Below are positions 26,905-39,100 of a DNA stretch of 64,000 bases, in pieces. The position numbers and the translations under genes were made by a program. A model generated the notes under the pieces. The model had not been told where the DNA came from. It did not search any database and saw only the letters and a list, made by a program, of their open reading frames with translations. Position 1 is the first letter of the stretch; each line of letters begins with the position of its first letter. This DNA is from Octopus sinensis (taxonomy: Eukaryota), in assembly GCF_006345805.1 (NCBI RefSeq), contig NC_043000.1, positions 100,812,001 through 100,876,000 on the forward strand. The letters are read 5' to 3'.

Positions 26905-27518
26905 TATATGTATGTATGTTTTTATGTATATTTCTATGATCTTTCTTTGAGTTGAATTTAAGTTCTTGCGAGAGTTCATGCCAGTCACTAACAAAGTGAC
27001 AAAACTTTTTCAGTTAAGGAAGTTCCTGGTGTTTGTAAACATGTTCTTCAGCTGGTGTGTTGGTTGAACTGTCGATTCTTACTCCCAAGTGTGTGCATCT
27101 ATTCACATAAGAATCTCAGAGAGATCATTTTTGGAAAGTCTTACAAGACTTCACTATGTCACTAACAGATTGTATATGTGCAGATTTGCATGTTTTGTTT
27201 TATGTATGTATGTATTCTCATGCATATAGTTACATGTCTAGACTTTGTCATGTATACTTAAATAATAAACTTCCGGAAAGTTTTACAGATTTTACAGTTC
27301 CAGCTTGGATCTGTAATCTTCAAATCAGCTTTCTCTTTTCTGGTTTTGAGGAGCTTAATTTCCTAAGATTGGTATTTAGGCAGTGTGTTACATATCCCAG
27401 TGTCCCAATAATTACAGGTATAAATCTGAACTTGTAATCTGGATAGTGTAACTGTAGATTCCTCAGTAGTTCAGCTTAAGTACTTTCTTTTTCACTGATC
27501 TTTAGCTTTATGTTAATA
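26905..27518 (-). mobile_element. Restriction-like-endonuclease (R4/NeSL-type) non-LTR retrotransposon, 3' end
   Basis: Minus strand INIKLKISEKEST*AELLRNLQLHYPDYKFRFIPVIIGTLGYV...KLI*RLQIQAGTVK matches the C-terminal RLE pattern (KY..L / VIPIVIGALG / LQ..LLGT..I). About 330 nt of 3' UTR follow, and both ends lie in (CATA)n. Confidence 0.7.
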
Positions 27519-28512
27519 GTATGTATATATGTATGTATGTATGTATGTGTATGTGTGTGTCTATGTATGTATGTATGTATAAATGAATGAATGAATGACA
27601 GGCATTTTATTGTTGTTTCCATCTACCAAATCCACTCACACAACTTTGGTTATCCTACGGCTACAGTAGAAGGCAAGACACTTAACTAAGATGCAACACA
27701 GTGGGACCTTGTAACCAAATGGTTACAAAGAAAACTTATTAACCACACAACAATGCTAGCATCAAGCAACTGCAAATAGTACACTGAAAAGAATATTGGA
27801 ATTAATATGATTTACTACAGGAAAGTTTTTGAAACTTAACCCTAGTATGGCCACAGTAAATGGTTAAAATCAATAAAAGAACAAACGCTAATAAAAGAAA
27901 CATAAATTAAGTGAAATATCTACAACAAGGAAACGAAAGCTGATTGCAGCTGATTGCAACTGATTCAACTCAACATAAAGCAAACTTAGCCATCACTCCA
28001 CAGCATTCACTGCATGTATGGATTATATAAGCTTTTATTGGTTGCGTTTGGCAAGACAAGAACCAGCAGAGAGTCATAATAAGAATAAGTTGTCAGGAAT
28101 AATATATTTTTTTCATTTATCTTTCTCCTCTGATAGAATAGTTCTGGAATGTTAATACTAAAGGACTGTCAGGAATGAATTGAATTGGATTTCTTCAAAT
28201 CACAGTTTCTTTTGTGCTAAACTGACTCTATAAATATAGTTTACAGCAAAAGGCTACTTTGCATTTCGATACCGGATATATTTTGAATGAAATGCATGTA
28301 CATGCATCTAATCTACTCATCTATTCTTTTCTGGTTGTGTTGAAATTCTATGATTGCTTATTTGTTGCCAACACAGTTGTGCATACAAAAAGATTTTTTT
28401 ACCAAATCTGCAAGCTCTTTTATAAATTTCATTTGGGGATAGATTCAGAAAATATTTATTTATTTATATATATTTTCTGCCAGCTATAGGCCTTTACCTG
28501 TTAAGACAAGAA

Positions 28513-28545
<33 letters not shown>

Positions 28546-28546
28546 T

Positions 28547-28588
<42 letters not shown>

Positions 28589-30474
28589 GCACTCTCAAAG
28601 GAATAACACAATTCTAATTGCAAATGATATTGCCTAACTTTAACAAATCTGAAACAAAAATACTGGTATTGACCATAAGACTTTACAAGCTGCCTTCATA
28701 TGTTGCTTGACCTGTTAGTGCTAGTAGCTAAATAATCTTCCCCCAATTACAAACTACTATTTTAGAAAAATACATTTTATATTGTCACACATATAACATC
28801 TGAAATAAGATATGATGTTTATCCCTAGAATGTATTTAATCATAAGACTGCTTCATCAGGGCTCACTCAGTACTAATTAAAACTATTCTAGGAAACAAGG
28901 TAATTTGTATGATAATACGGCTGAAATTCCTTTAATCAAGATTTGCTCAATGATTGAATTTTTTAGTAGTTGGCCTACAAGTCTTATGCAGCTCAACAAC
29001 TAAAAATAACTGTCAATCTTCTTCATATCACAGCCTGTCTTTTCGAAAAGCAGAGTAGCACATTGGATAATTTAATCCAAAATATATTATATCCAAATGA
29101 AAACAGACTAAATGGTTACATGTCAACTTGTCAAATGCCTGTTTTTTATTTGCTAAGTCCAGAGGAAGGAACAGTGTCCCTGACTTTCATACTCTGCTGC
29201 AAGCATTCAGAAATGGATTCTGGTTTAAGGATAACGTCTTTTCTCCGTTTTGCCAATCTTAGAGACCTTGTAACTGACCATGGACAATGCTGTCCCTCTT
29301 GAGTAAAAACTAAAGACGATAAATTTTAAAACTAGATGATAAATTTAAGACGGAGGAGTAGTTGGATTGAAGGTACATGACCTAGTAGTTAGAGGTTCAC
29401 ACACAATCTATAGATTGTGGGTTCAGTTTGTAGACTGGGCAGCACGTTGTGTTCTTAAGCAAAACACTTCATTTCATGTTGTTCTGCAGCTGGGAGAGTA
29501 GCAGATTTGTTGGAGCTTAATGGTATATCTTTATACTCCTTACATTCCCAATTCAAATCCCACCTGCCAGGAGAAGGCAATGGGAAACTATTCCTGTATT
29601 CATCCCAAGTCTAGTAATGGTAGCTGAAGTGTCAATAATCTACTTAAATGCAACAAAGGAAGGTAGGGCATCACCCTGATCATACAGAGAGTGCTCCTGG
29701 AGAAGGTTTACATTTACAGAACCTGCCCAAGGGCAGACAACCTCTAGCCTAAGTAGTCGGATTACATCAACCAGAGAACATTTATTTTATTAACCCTGTA
29801 ATGAGAAAAAGTAAAACCAATTTTAACAGGATTTGAACTTAGAACTTAAAGGACTGTAACTAAATAATACAAAGCAGTTTTTCTTACACTCCGTTAATTA
29901 TTTCAATACTAAATACTTTGTTGATTACATTTGGGATCAGCTATCAAAACTCAGTACAGATTATTTAATACAGAACTATGGAAGATTTATATTAATGCAA
30001 ACTTAATAAATATAATTGATATTGAATATTTGCAACACAGCAGCAAAGCTGTAAAAGCAATAAAAAAAAGAATTGAAATTTTCTATATTTCATAAATGTA
30101 ATCTATTCTACTACCCATGCTATGATATGTATTATTCTAACACAAAAAATCAGTAATTTAACAAAAGTATATAATATATTAAGTGTCAAAGTCTTTTGCC
30201 ATATTTCTCAGAAATATCAATATATGCATGATGGAAGTTATTGATACTTAATGTCTAAATTATCAATATACATTGAGAAAATTCATTTCTTGGTCTTGTT
30301 TCACTTACTGAAAGGTAAAGAGAATTTGATGCAAAAAATTAAATTTTTGTATATGTGTGTATGTATGCACATGTCTGTGTATGTGCATAAAGGTATATAT
30401 GCATGTGTTTATGTGTGTATGTATATTTACATAGATGAATAATGGAAAATGGATTGCATGACATTATATATATT

Positions 30475-30528
<54 letters not shown>

Positions 30529-31419
30529 TGTTGATGTTTGTGTGTATATATATATATATATATATGTATATGCATATATAAATTTATGAATATACATACA
30601 TACATATATATTATATATATTTGTTCATATCCATATATATATATGTGTATATGCATTTATATATGTATGAATATATATGTATTAAATATATACATATATG
30701 TATGATATACATGTTTGTGTGTGTGTGTGTGTGTTTTCAAATTATTCAAATGTCAATAATGCCACATCAAGCACCAGATAATATGATTACTTTTATGCAA
30801 TAACAGTGTTCATACGTAAAGAAACCTTAGAACCTGTCAAAGCTTCCAATTTTCCTTTTTTCACTTTCCTTTATTTCTCTCCTCTCATAAGAACATACTG
30901 TTTGAAACATCAAAAATTATTTAGAATAGGCATCATAAGGTTAACATTAATTCCTTATGTAAAAAGCCATTATTGAGTCCATGGACAAAAACCTGTTATG
31001 TCATAATGTTCCTCCATTATAATCTATTTTGCTGCAGTGGACCATCATGAAAATCTCTTATTTCTACTTAATATGGCTCTGTTACACCTATCCCAGTCTG
31101 CCTCAATAAAAACACAAGAGGCCTTATTATTAGAAGAAAATTTCATTATAAAATCTTGCTATAGGGTTCCTTTATGTGAACTGCAGGATTGACTGTAAGG
31201 TAAGAAGTTTACTTCACAAGTACATGGTTCCAGGTTCAATCCTGCTGCATGGCATCTTGAGCAAGTATCTTCTCCTATAGCTTCAGGCCAGCCAAAGCCT
31301 TGTGAGATGATGTGGTATATGGAAACTGAAAGAAGCCCATCATGCATCTCTGTGCATGTATATGTATGTGTGTGTGTATAAATATAGTTAATCCAAACAT
31401 GAAAACACAAAGAGAAAAC

Positions 31420-31545
31420 ACAACAACATGAGGACGTGGAACAATTATAGTGTTATTGGATGCTCAGGAAAGGAGGATTTAACGTTTTGAGCAGAGCTCT
31501 TCTTCAGAAACTTAGTAAAAGGAAAGATCCAAGGAAGGGAAGATG
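31420..31545 (-). mobile_element. GAGC-stem hammerhead element, second copy
   Basis: 31477-31511 minus: GTTT-CTGAAGA-A-GAGC-TCT-GCTC-AAAA-CG-TT-AAAT (G12>A). Confidence 0.65.
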
Positions 31546-31594
31546 GAGCAAATATATATATATATATACATACATACATACATATATATATGTA

Positions 31595-31890
31595 TATTTT
31601 ATTTCTGTTTTTTATATATATTTTTGTTTCTTGTATTTATATTCGTGTGGCATCCTGTCTTTGTTCCGTATACATTCGACCCTCTTTCCAAGAAATCCAA
31701 TGCCTGTGGCTTGGATTTTCCTTGGGGCTGGCCGGGTCGGAGTAATATCGAGATTAAACAGCCGAAATTACTAAGATGATCCGGTTCCCGACTGAAGATT
31801 AGAGGCTTCGAGTGACCCGTCTCTTTTTTTGTGTCGTCTCCTTGTGTGTTTTTGCGTTCTTGTCCCACTTTGTAATTTATATTTTATATT
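31595..31890 (+). mobile_element. Partial copy of the element at 35689-36615 (opposite orientation)
   Basis: Homologous across GATCCGGTTC..GACTGAAGATTAGAGGCTTCGA..GACCCGTC and GGGGCTGGCC..CAGCCGAAATT. Flanked by (TA)n. Confidence 0.8.
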
Positions 31891-31932
31891 TAATTTCTAT
31901 ACATATATATATATATATATATATGTGTATAT

Positions 31933-32009
<77 letters not shown>

Positions 32010-32663
32010 GGAGAGAGAGAGAGATGCAATTATGTATACTTCCAGAGGAAGCAAAGACTGAAGGCTTTCGAACAAAGAATATTTTTTCTGTTTGCATGCA
32101 TACATATATTCATATTTTGTATATCAAACCCAAGCCGTTATATTCAATTGGTTTATCTGCATAATTGCCTCCATACCTGCTCACCTTGATTCCCCTTATA
32201 GTTACTCTTTACCCCCCATCCCTGTGATTGGTCCCTCATAAAGACATTGGAGTCTAAGCTCAAATCATTTGAGCACTACTGTGTGTATTTTTTTATATAT
32301 CGATAAGCTCTGGATCTCATCTGTTGACTACGTACATACATATATGTATATATGTGTGTGTGTGAGCATGTGTGTGTGAGCATGTGTGTTTGTGAGCATG
32401 TGTGTGTGTGTGTGTGTGTGTTTACAAGTGTGTGTATGTATGTGTGTGTTTGTATGTGGTAACCTCAAATTTATCAGCTGACTCAGTAACTTGCATGTTC
32501 TCTTTCACACACACACACGCACATGCACACACACACATGCACATTCATACACATACATTCATACGTGCATGGATTACAACCATGGTTATATATTCACAAT
32601 GATACATGCACTGTCTAACACAAATACATACACACACACAGAGGCAAAACACACACACACACA

Positions 32664-32704
<41 letters not shown>

Positions 32705-33353
32705 TCACACTCACTCACACAAACACACACATATCTATTCAGAATCATTTTCTGTAAGCTACACAATACTATTTTTGTATTTTGTATTTTTTTTTTTGGT
32801 GGGGTGTGAGGTTTGTTTTTCATAATCAAATAGAAGAATATCGTAGAACAGTAAGAAAACTCTTGCTTTGAACTTGTCAAAACAAAGGCAAATAATTCAC
32901 ATTCTCCCTTTTATTACATTCTCCTTCCTCTCCTTCTTTCTTTCTCCTTACTCATTTTCTATGCTTCCACTTACTTTCCCACCAATGGAAAGAAATCATA
33001 AATAATATAAAGAAAAACTGCAAATGATCTAATAAAGGTGCTGAAAATTAAAAAAAATAATAATAAAAATTGTCCCAATTTATCTGAGATTGTTCCACTA
33101 TGGTATGTTCTGATTATTAAATTCCATCAAGGAGTCAACATGCTGTGTAACACAAAAAAATAAATAATTAAGATCTTCTTCTGTGAAGCTGGATTTCTTT
33201 AGAGTTTCTTTGGATTTGCTTGTTTCGTTGTACACCTATCTCTGTGTTATGAAAGTATTGCTTCTACAAAAGTTTGTTAACTTCATTACATTGGATAATG
33301 TGAATATCAAAACTGCAGCATCTACAAACACACACACACACACATTCACACAC

Positions 33354-33392
<39 letters not shown>

Positions 33393-33394
<2 letters not shown>

Positions 33395-33697
33395 GAGGCG
33401 CAATGGCCCAGTGGTTAGGGTAGCGGACTCGCAGTCGTAGGATCGCGGTCGATTCCCAGACCGGGCGTTGTGAGTGTTTATTGAGTGAAAACACCTAAAA
33501 GCTCCACGAGTCTCCAGCAGGGGTGGTGATCCCTGCTGTACCCTTTCACCACAACTTTCTCTCAATCTTTCTTCTGTTGGTCTGCTCGCTTAGCCAGTAG
33601 GGTGGCGTCATTCGAAGGCTGAAACAATGCGAAGCACATTGTGACCAGCAATGTGTAGCAACATCTGATGATCTGGTCAGTCATGTGATCACGTGAT
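33393..33697 (+). mobile_element. tRNA-derived SINE family 3, tail variant b
   Basis: Same head as 26603 with a different 3' part (ends GTCATGTGATCACGTGATA). Confidence 0.85.
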
Positions 33698-34667
33698 ATA
33701 TATATATTGGTGTATGGCCAAATTCAAACAGGTAGAAGACCTAAAACAAATGTTAGTGTGTGTGTGTGTGGTTGAGCCTTTAACAGCCAGGAGTCAATTT
33801 CAGTTCAATCATAGAAAGTAATTTATATACTTATCAGCAACTCCCTCTCACTTTCTCTCTCACCTCCTCTCTCCCTTGCTTGACACACATGTTGAATTTA
33901 AGTATCTTGATTTTCTCATTAAGATCATTGCTGCTTTGGTGGCCCAGTAGGCATGGGTGTTGAGAAATAGTAATACGACACATAGATGGTGATTTCAAAT
34001 CTCTTCCAGAAATTACAAATGATCTAGTTAAAATTTTTTATTTAAGCAACAGAATTTTTTTCAACTATTTCTTGACACATGTGTCAGCATGACACACGTG
34101 TCAGGTACGTACGAAAAAACAAATTATAATAATAATCAATAGAAAGGAATTGAGAAAATGAAACATGGCAGTACGTATTCCTGTGTTGAAAAGAATTAGT
34201 GCATACTGAAAGCTAGTTTCATTTGCATGTTTGCTGACAATTGAACTGTAGCATCTAACTACAGAGAAGGATTGGGTACAGGCAGCTAATTTTATGTGAA
34301 GTATCTGGTGTTTATTTTGTGATGTGGGCGAAGGAGAAAGAGATGATTTACTTATGGGTTGAGGAAGATTTTATTGCATTCATAAATTTGGAGGAAAACT
34401 AAAATTCTTTTTAAATACCACAGAAAAATATTACAAAAGTCTTTCAAGAATTCTGTTGTGTCTGGGGGAAGAGTCATTTTCTTTTTGTGCTTATAATTTA
34501 ACACACTCACCGGTAAAAATTCCACTTATTTCTTATTTTTATTTTCCTAAAATTTTCGTTGCATCTTGCAACCTTTCCAATAGTCTTGTTTTTTATGATC
34601 ATTGTTTAATGACCTTGTTCTCTGCTGGCGTGGTTTGCCATTTTGTGATTAAAAATTTAACAGCAGT

Positions 34668-34842
34668 AGCCTTTTAGCTGCTAAGATCAAAGGGTTCTTA
34701 TTAGCTCAACATCTGATACAGTCCCTATTTGGAACCATCGATATTAAACTGATTTTTAGAACAAGGTGAAGAGTTAGGAGCTTACTCTGCCTTTGCAGCA
34801 TTGTGGCTTGGTATTGCAGTACTTCCAGGATTCAGTCCATTT
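34668..34842 (+). pseudogene. U2: U2 snRNA-derived pseudogene lacking the branch-point recognition sequence
   Basis: Collinear with metazoan U2: GCCTTTT..GCTAAGATCAAAG / GTTCTTATTAGCTCAACATCTGATA / TTAAACTGATTTTTAGAA (Sm site mutated) / TAGGAGCTTACTC / GGTATTGCAGTACTTCCAGGATT. The TGTAGTATCT segment is replaced by a single G. Confidence 0.9.
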
Positions 34843-35138
34843 GACCCATGCTGGTTACATGTAAAAGCACCCATCCCAGTGACTTGTAAAAGCACCCATG
34901 CCAGTGACTTGTAAAACCAGATGTACCAGTGTTCATAAAAGCACCTGTGCCAGTGACTCATACAAGCACTTGTGCTGGTAACTCATAAAAGGTACCCACT
35001 TCACTCTCTGAGTGGTTGGTGTTTGGAAGGGCATCCAACTGTAGAAACCAAGCCAAAATCAGACTGGAACCTGTCAAACCATCTAATCCATGCCAGCATG
35101 GAAAGTGGATTTTAAATGATGAGGATGATGATGATGAT
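34843..35138 (+). mobile_element. RTE-type retroposon 3' segment fused to the U2 3' end
   Basis: TAAAAGCACC minisatellite units, GAGTGGTTGG..GGAAGGGCATCCA block, tail GGAAAGTGGATTTTAAATGATGAGGATGATG. Confidence 0.8.
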
Positions 35139-35270
35139 ATATATATAAAACACATATATACATATATCTGTTTACATATATTTTAATGTGTTTGCATATG
35201 TTATACATATATATATATACATATATACATACATAGATGCATGCATACATACATATATATATATATATAT

Positions 35271-35667
35271 AGCCATGGGAGAGGATGTGTGGTAAGTAGC
35301 TTGCTTATGAACCACATGGTTCCAGGTTCAGCCCCATTGCGTGGTATCTTAGGCAAGTGATTTCTACTATAACCTCAGGCCGACCAAAGCCTTGTGAGTG
35401 GATTTGGTAGACGGAAACTGAAAGAAGCCTGTCGTATATATATTTGTGTGTGTGTGTGTTTGTGTGTCTGTGTTTGTGTCCCAACATCGCTTGACAACCG
35501 ATGCTGGTGTGTTTACATCCTTGTAGCTTAGCTGTTCAGCAAAAGAGACTGATAGAATAAGTACTAGGCGAACAAAGAATAAGTCCTGGGGTCGATTTGC
35601 TCGACTAAAGGCGGTGCTCAAGCATGGCTACAGTCAAATGACTGGAACAAGTAAAAAAGTAAAAGAG
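35271..35667 (+). mobile_element. SINE family 1, full length
   Basis: Head, CORE-like block, internal (TA)(TG) tract and family tail. Confidence 0.9.
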
Positions 35668-35688
35668 AGAGTATATATATATATATAT

Positions 35689-36610
35689 GTATAAAAATAT
35701 ATATAAAAAAATACAAAATGGGACAAAAACGCAAAACATTCAAATAGACGATACAAAAAACGGACAGGTCATTCGAAGCCTCTAATCTTCAGTCAAGAAC
35801 CGGATCATCCTTGCAATTTCGGCTGATTAATCTTGAGATTGGTCCGATCTGGCCAGCCCCAATGAAAAACTAAGCTACGAGCATTAGATTTATTGGAAAA
35901 AGGATCGAATGTATACGAAACAAGGACAGAAAAACGAACGATGTTACATGAATATAAATACAAAAAACAAAAAGTAATATGAATATAAATACAAAAAACA
36001 ATAATAATAATAATAACAGGACAAAAACAACAGTCGTCTTTCGACTTTAGACAGTTCAACTTAGCTGGCATATTTGAAAAATAATGCCTTACGGCAGACG
36101 AAAGTATCGGTGTTGTTATAGCACTGGTCAGAAGCCGAAAGGCTATAGTTGAGAAGAGAACAGACAGAAAAAAGGGGCAAAGGAATTAAAGACAGGGAGA
36201 AGAGAGAGAAAAAGAGGGACAAAGGTATTAAGGAAGGAGAGAAGAGAGAGAAAGAAGGAATTAAGGAGAGGGAGAAGAAAGAGAGCAGTGCCAAGGATTG
36301 GTGAAGTGCAGTGTAAGAAAGGCAGAGAAATGTGAGAGAGTGGGGAAAGAGGAGACCAAAGAATCAAAGAGGCGAGAAAAGAGAAAGACAGAGACAAGTG
36401 AAGTACAGAGAAAGTGTGTGTAGAAGTCGTACAAAGTTTAGTGGAATGCTTACATACATAAGGGAACAAGGTGTATGTACGCCACAATAATATATGTATA
36501 AAAATATATATAAAAAAATACAAAATGGGACAAGAACGCAAAACATTCAAATAGACAATACAAAAAACGGACGGGTCATTCAAAGCCTCTAATCTTCAGT
36601 CAAGAACCGG

Positions 36611-36615
<5 letters not shown>
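35689..36615 (-). mobile_element. Non-coding element with ~118-bp terminal direct repeats (808-bp unit) inserted in (TA)n
   Basis: 35689-35806 vs 36497-36615 are nearly identical (about 4 substitutions). (TA)n lies on both sides, and the interior has hairpins plus a ~280-bp purine tract. Strand is provisional. Confidence 0.75.
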
Positions 36616-36645
<30 letters not shown>

Positions 36646-36648
<3 letters not shown>

Positions 36649-36676
36649 TATTTGAATTACACCTGCATTAAACTCC

Positions 36677-36720
<44 letters not shown>

Positions 36721-36751
36721 GGAGTTTAATGCAGGTGTAATTCAAATACTT
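36646..36751. repeat. Perfect 106-bp palindrome (35-bp arms around (AT)n)
   Basis: AAGTATTTGAATTACACCTGCATTAAACTCCATTT (36646-80) / AAATGGAGTTTAATGCAGGTGTAATTCAAATACTT (36717-51). Confidence 0.97.
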
Positions 36752-36753
36752 TT

Positions 36754-36842
36754 ACTTCCGACACATGTTTCGAAGATATCACTGATATTATTCCAAAGGA
36801 ATAAAATGGTGCAAAACAATGTAATCTTCTTTTCAAGGAAGT
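36754..36842 (-). ncRNA. Type-I hammerhead ribozyme motif, U3-A8 core variant
   Basis: Minus: ACTTCC-TTGAAAA-GAAGAT..ATCTTC-GAAA-C-ATGT-GTC-GGAAGT. Stems I and II are both perfect 6 bp, with a GUC triplet. Confidence 0.75.
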
Positions 36843-36961
36843 GAAGAAATAAAACTCATCAATAAGACATTTTAACAGAAAATGATGGATAAATACAGTG
36901 ATTTACTGAACGCTATTAATATTGTTTGAAAAAACGTTAACAAGGGAAAAATACACACATA

Positions 36962-37019
<58 letters not shown>

Positions 37020-37439
37020 ATGGACAAATTATACAAAATGTATAAGTGGATGATGAATATAAAACACCAGCACAGTTTCGATTACCTACATACATATATA
37101 CATATATACACACACACTCACAAGACAGGTTTCCAGATACTTTCCATCTTACTTAATTCCATGCGCAAGTCATTAATGCTATAGAAAACTGAGTTTAAAC
37201 TCTAGCCTAATAGATTCATGTAATTTTAGACAAGATTAGCTTATCCTATTGATTTCCTATTGAGTTCCTTGTTAGTTTATCCATCTTTCTAATGTTAGTA
37301 TTGTTGTATCTTGGATGTGGTAATAGTGGTGTGTACTGAGTGGTGTTGTGGCATGTTCTTGATGAGCGTAGAGTAAGTGGTTGAAGGTGGGCATGGTAGG
37401 GTTGGCTGACGGGGTGGTTCGGTAAGATGGGTGTCGCAG

Positions 37440-37800
37440 AAGTGAAGTAAGGACTGGTGATGGCATGATGTACTTTATTGTCCTCCTCATCATTGTCATC
37501 ACCACCACCACCGAAACAACAACTATCATCATCATCATGATTATGATCATTGTCATAGATATTATCGCTGTTGCTGTCATCAACCTAAGAGTCATTATCG
37601 CTTTGTTCATTATCATTACAACAACCAACACTACTATCAGTACCACCTCCACCATCATGATTATGATCATAATAATCATCATCACCATCACTATCACCAC
37701 CACCACCACCACTATAACTATCATCACTACCACTATCACCATCCTCATCACCATCAATATCACCATCATCATCATTATTATTGCCATTATCATTTTGTAT
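37440..37800. repeat. (CAT/CAC/ATT)n degenerate trinucleotide tract
   Basis: Read directly. Confidence 0.9.
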
Positions 37801-39002
37801 CAGGTCTTCCATATTAGCATGGGTTGGATGGGTTTTTCTAAGATAGCATTCAACAGCCAGGTTACTTGAGCATCGAACAAGTATAACTTATAGTATTTGG
37901 TTACATTTCTTCACATTCTTCTTATAATTCTTTATGCCCAGTTTTGATACTGCCTTTCCTCATTACAAGGCTGTTAAAATATGTACCAATTAAAAAGCTA
38001 ACCTAGCAGTTCAACAAACACATAACAATAAAATAAACTCCAGATTAAAATAAGTATTGCGAAAACAAGAGTCAACATAACTGACTAAAAGTTTTCAAAA
38101 GCACTGCTCCAGCATGGCCGCAGTCTGGTGATCTAAACCAGTAGAAGAATATAAAGAATTACTATATCATTATATTGTATCTTCTTATCATATAATAAAA
38201 TATTATATTCTATGTTTAATCTCCTTTTGTGAATATATCAAGGAAATATATTCAGAATCTCTTAGATATCAATGCCAACGTTATCTTTAATAACATAACA
38301 TCTTTAAGTGATTTAAACCCAATATAATATTTGGTAGAAATTAATGATAGGTGATCTCTCCATTTGCCCTTTTTGTGGCACTATCCGGCAATTTCATTAA
38401 TTAATTTCCAATACTGATATATATTATTCATGCCATGGTTAACTGGTTTATAGCAGACAGTAGTTCTTGTTAGAGTGGAAAACTTTAAGAAAGCTATGCC
38501 AAACTCTAATGGGAAATTCATAATTGTATGTCAGATATGTTAAGTCTTGCAAGGACCAACTTATAAACTTTATTACTCACAAATCATACCATCTAATACC
38601 ATAGATTGCTAAATGATTAGTGAATCTCTATCTGGTAATACAGCCTGCTAGAAAAAACAGCCAGGTGCAGGTGCAGGTGGAGGCATTGCTGTGTAAATGA
38701 AAAGCCTGCTTCCAAGACTTTTGGTCTTGGTTTTAGCCCCACTGTTAGGCATCTTGGGCAAGGGTCTTCTGTTATAGGTCCAGGTTAATCAAAACTTTGT
38801 ACCATCATCATCATCATTTAGTGTCTGTCTTCCATACTGGCATACATTGGATGGTTTGGTAAGAGCTGCCATGTCAGAGTTGCATCAGGTTCCATTGACT
38901 GTTTTGGCATGGTCTCTACAGCTGGATTCCCTTCCTAATGCCAACCACTTTACAGAATTTACAGGATGCTTTGTATGTGGCACCAATAGCTATCTATCTG
39001 TC

Positions 39003-39100
<98 letters not shown>

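Noticed and set aside
26985-27055. CTGAAGA...GAAA...GTC on the minus strand
   Set aside because: There are no convincing stems II or III, and it lies in the RLE-LINE 3' UTR.
28970-29302. 110-aa ORF in unique sequence
   Set aside because: It has a non-ATG start, no recognisable motif, and alternative frames and strands are equally plausible.
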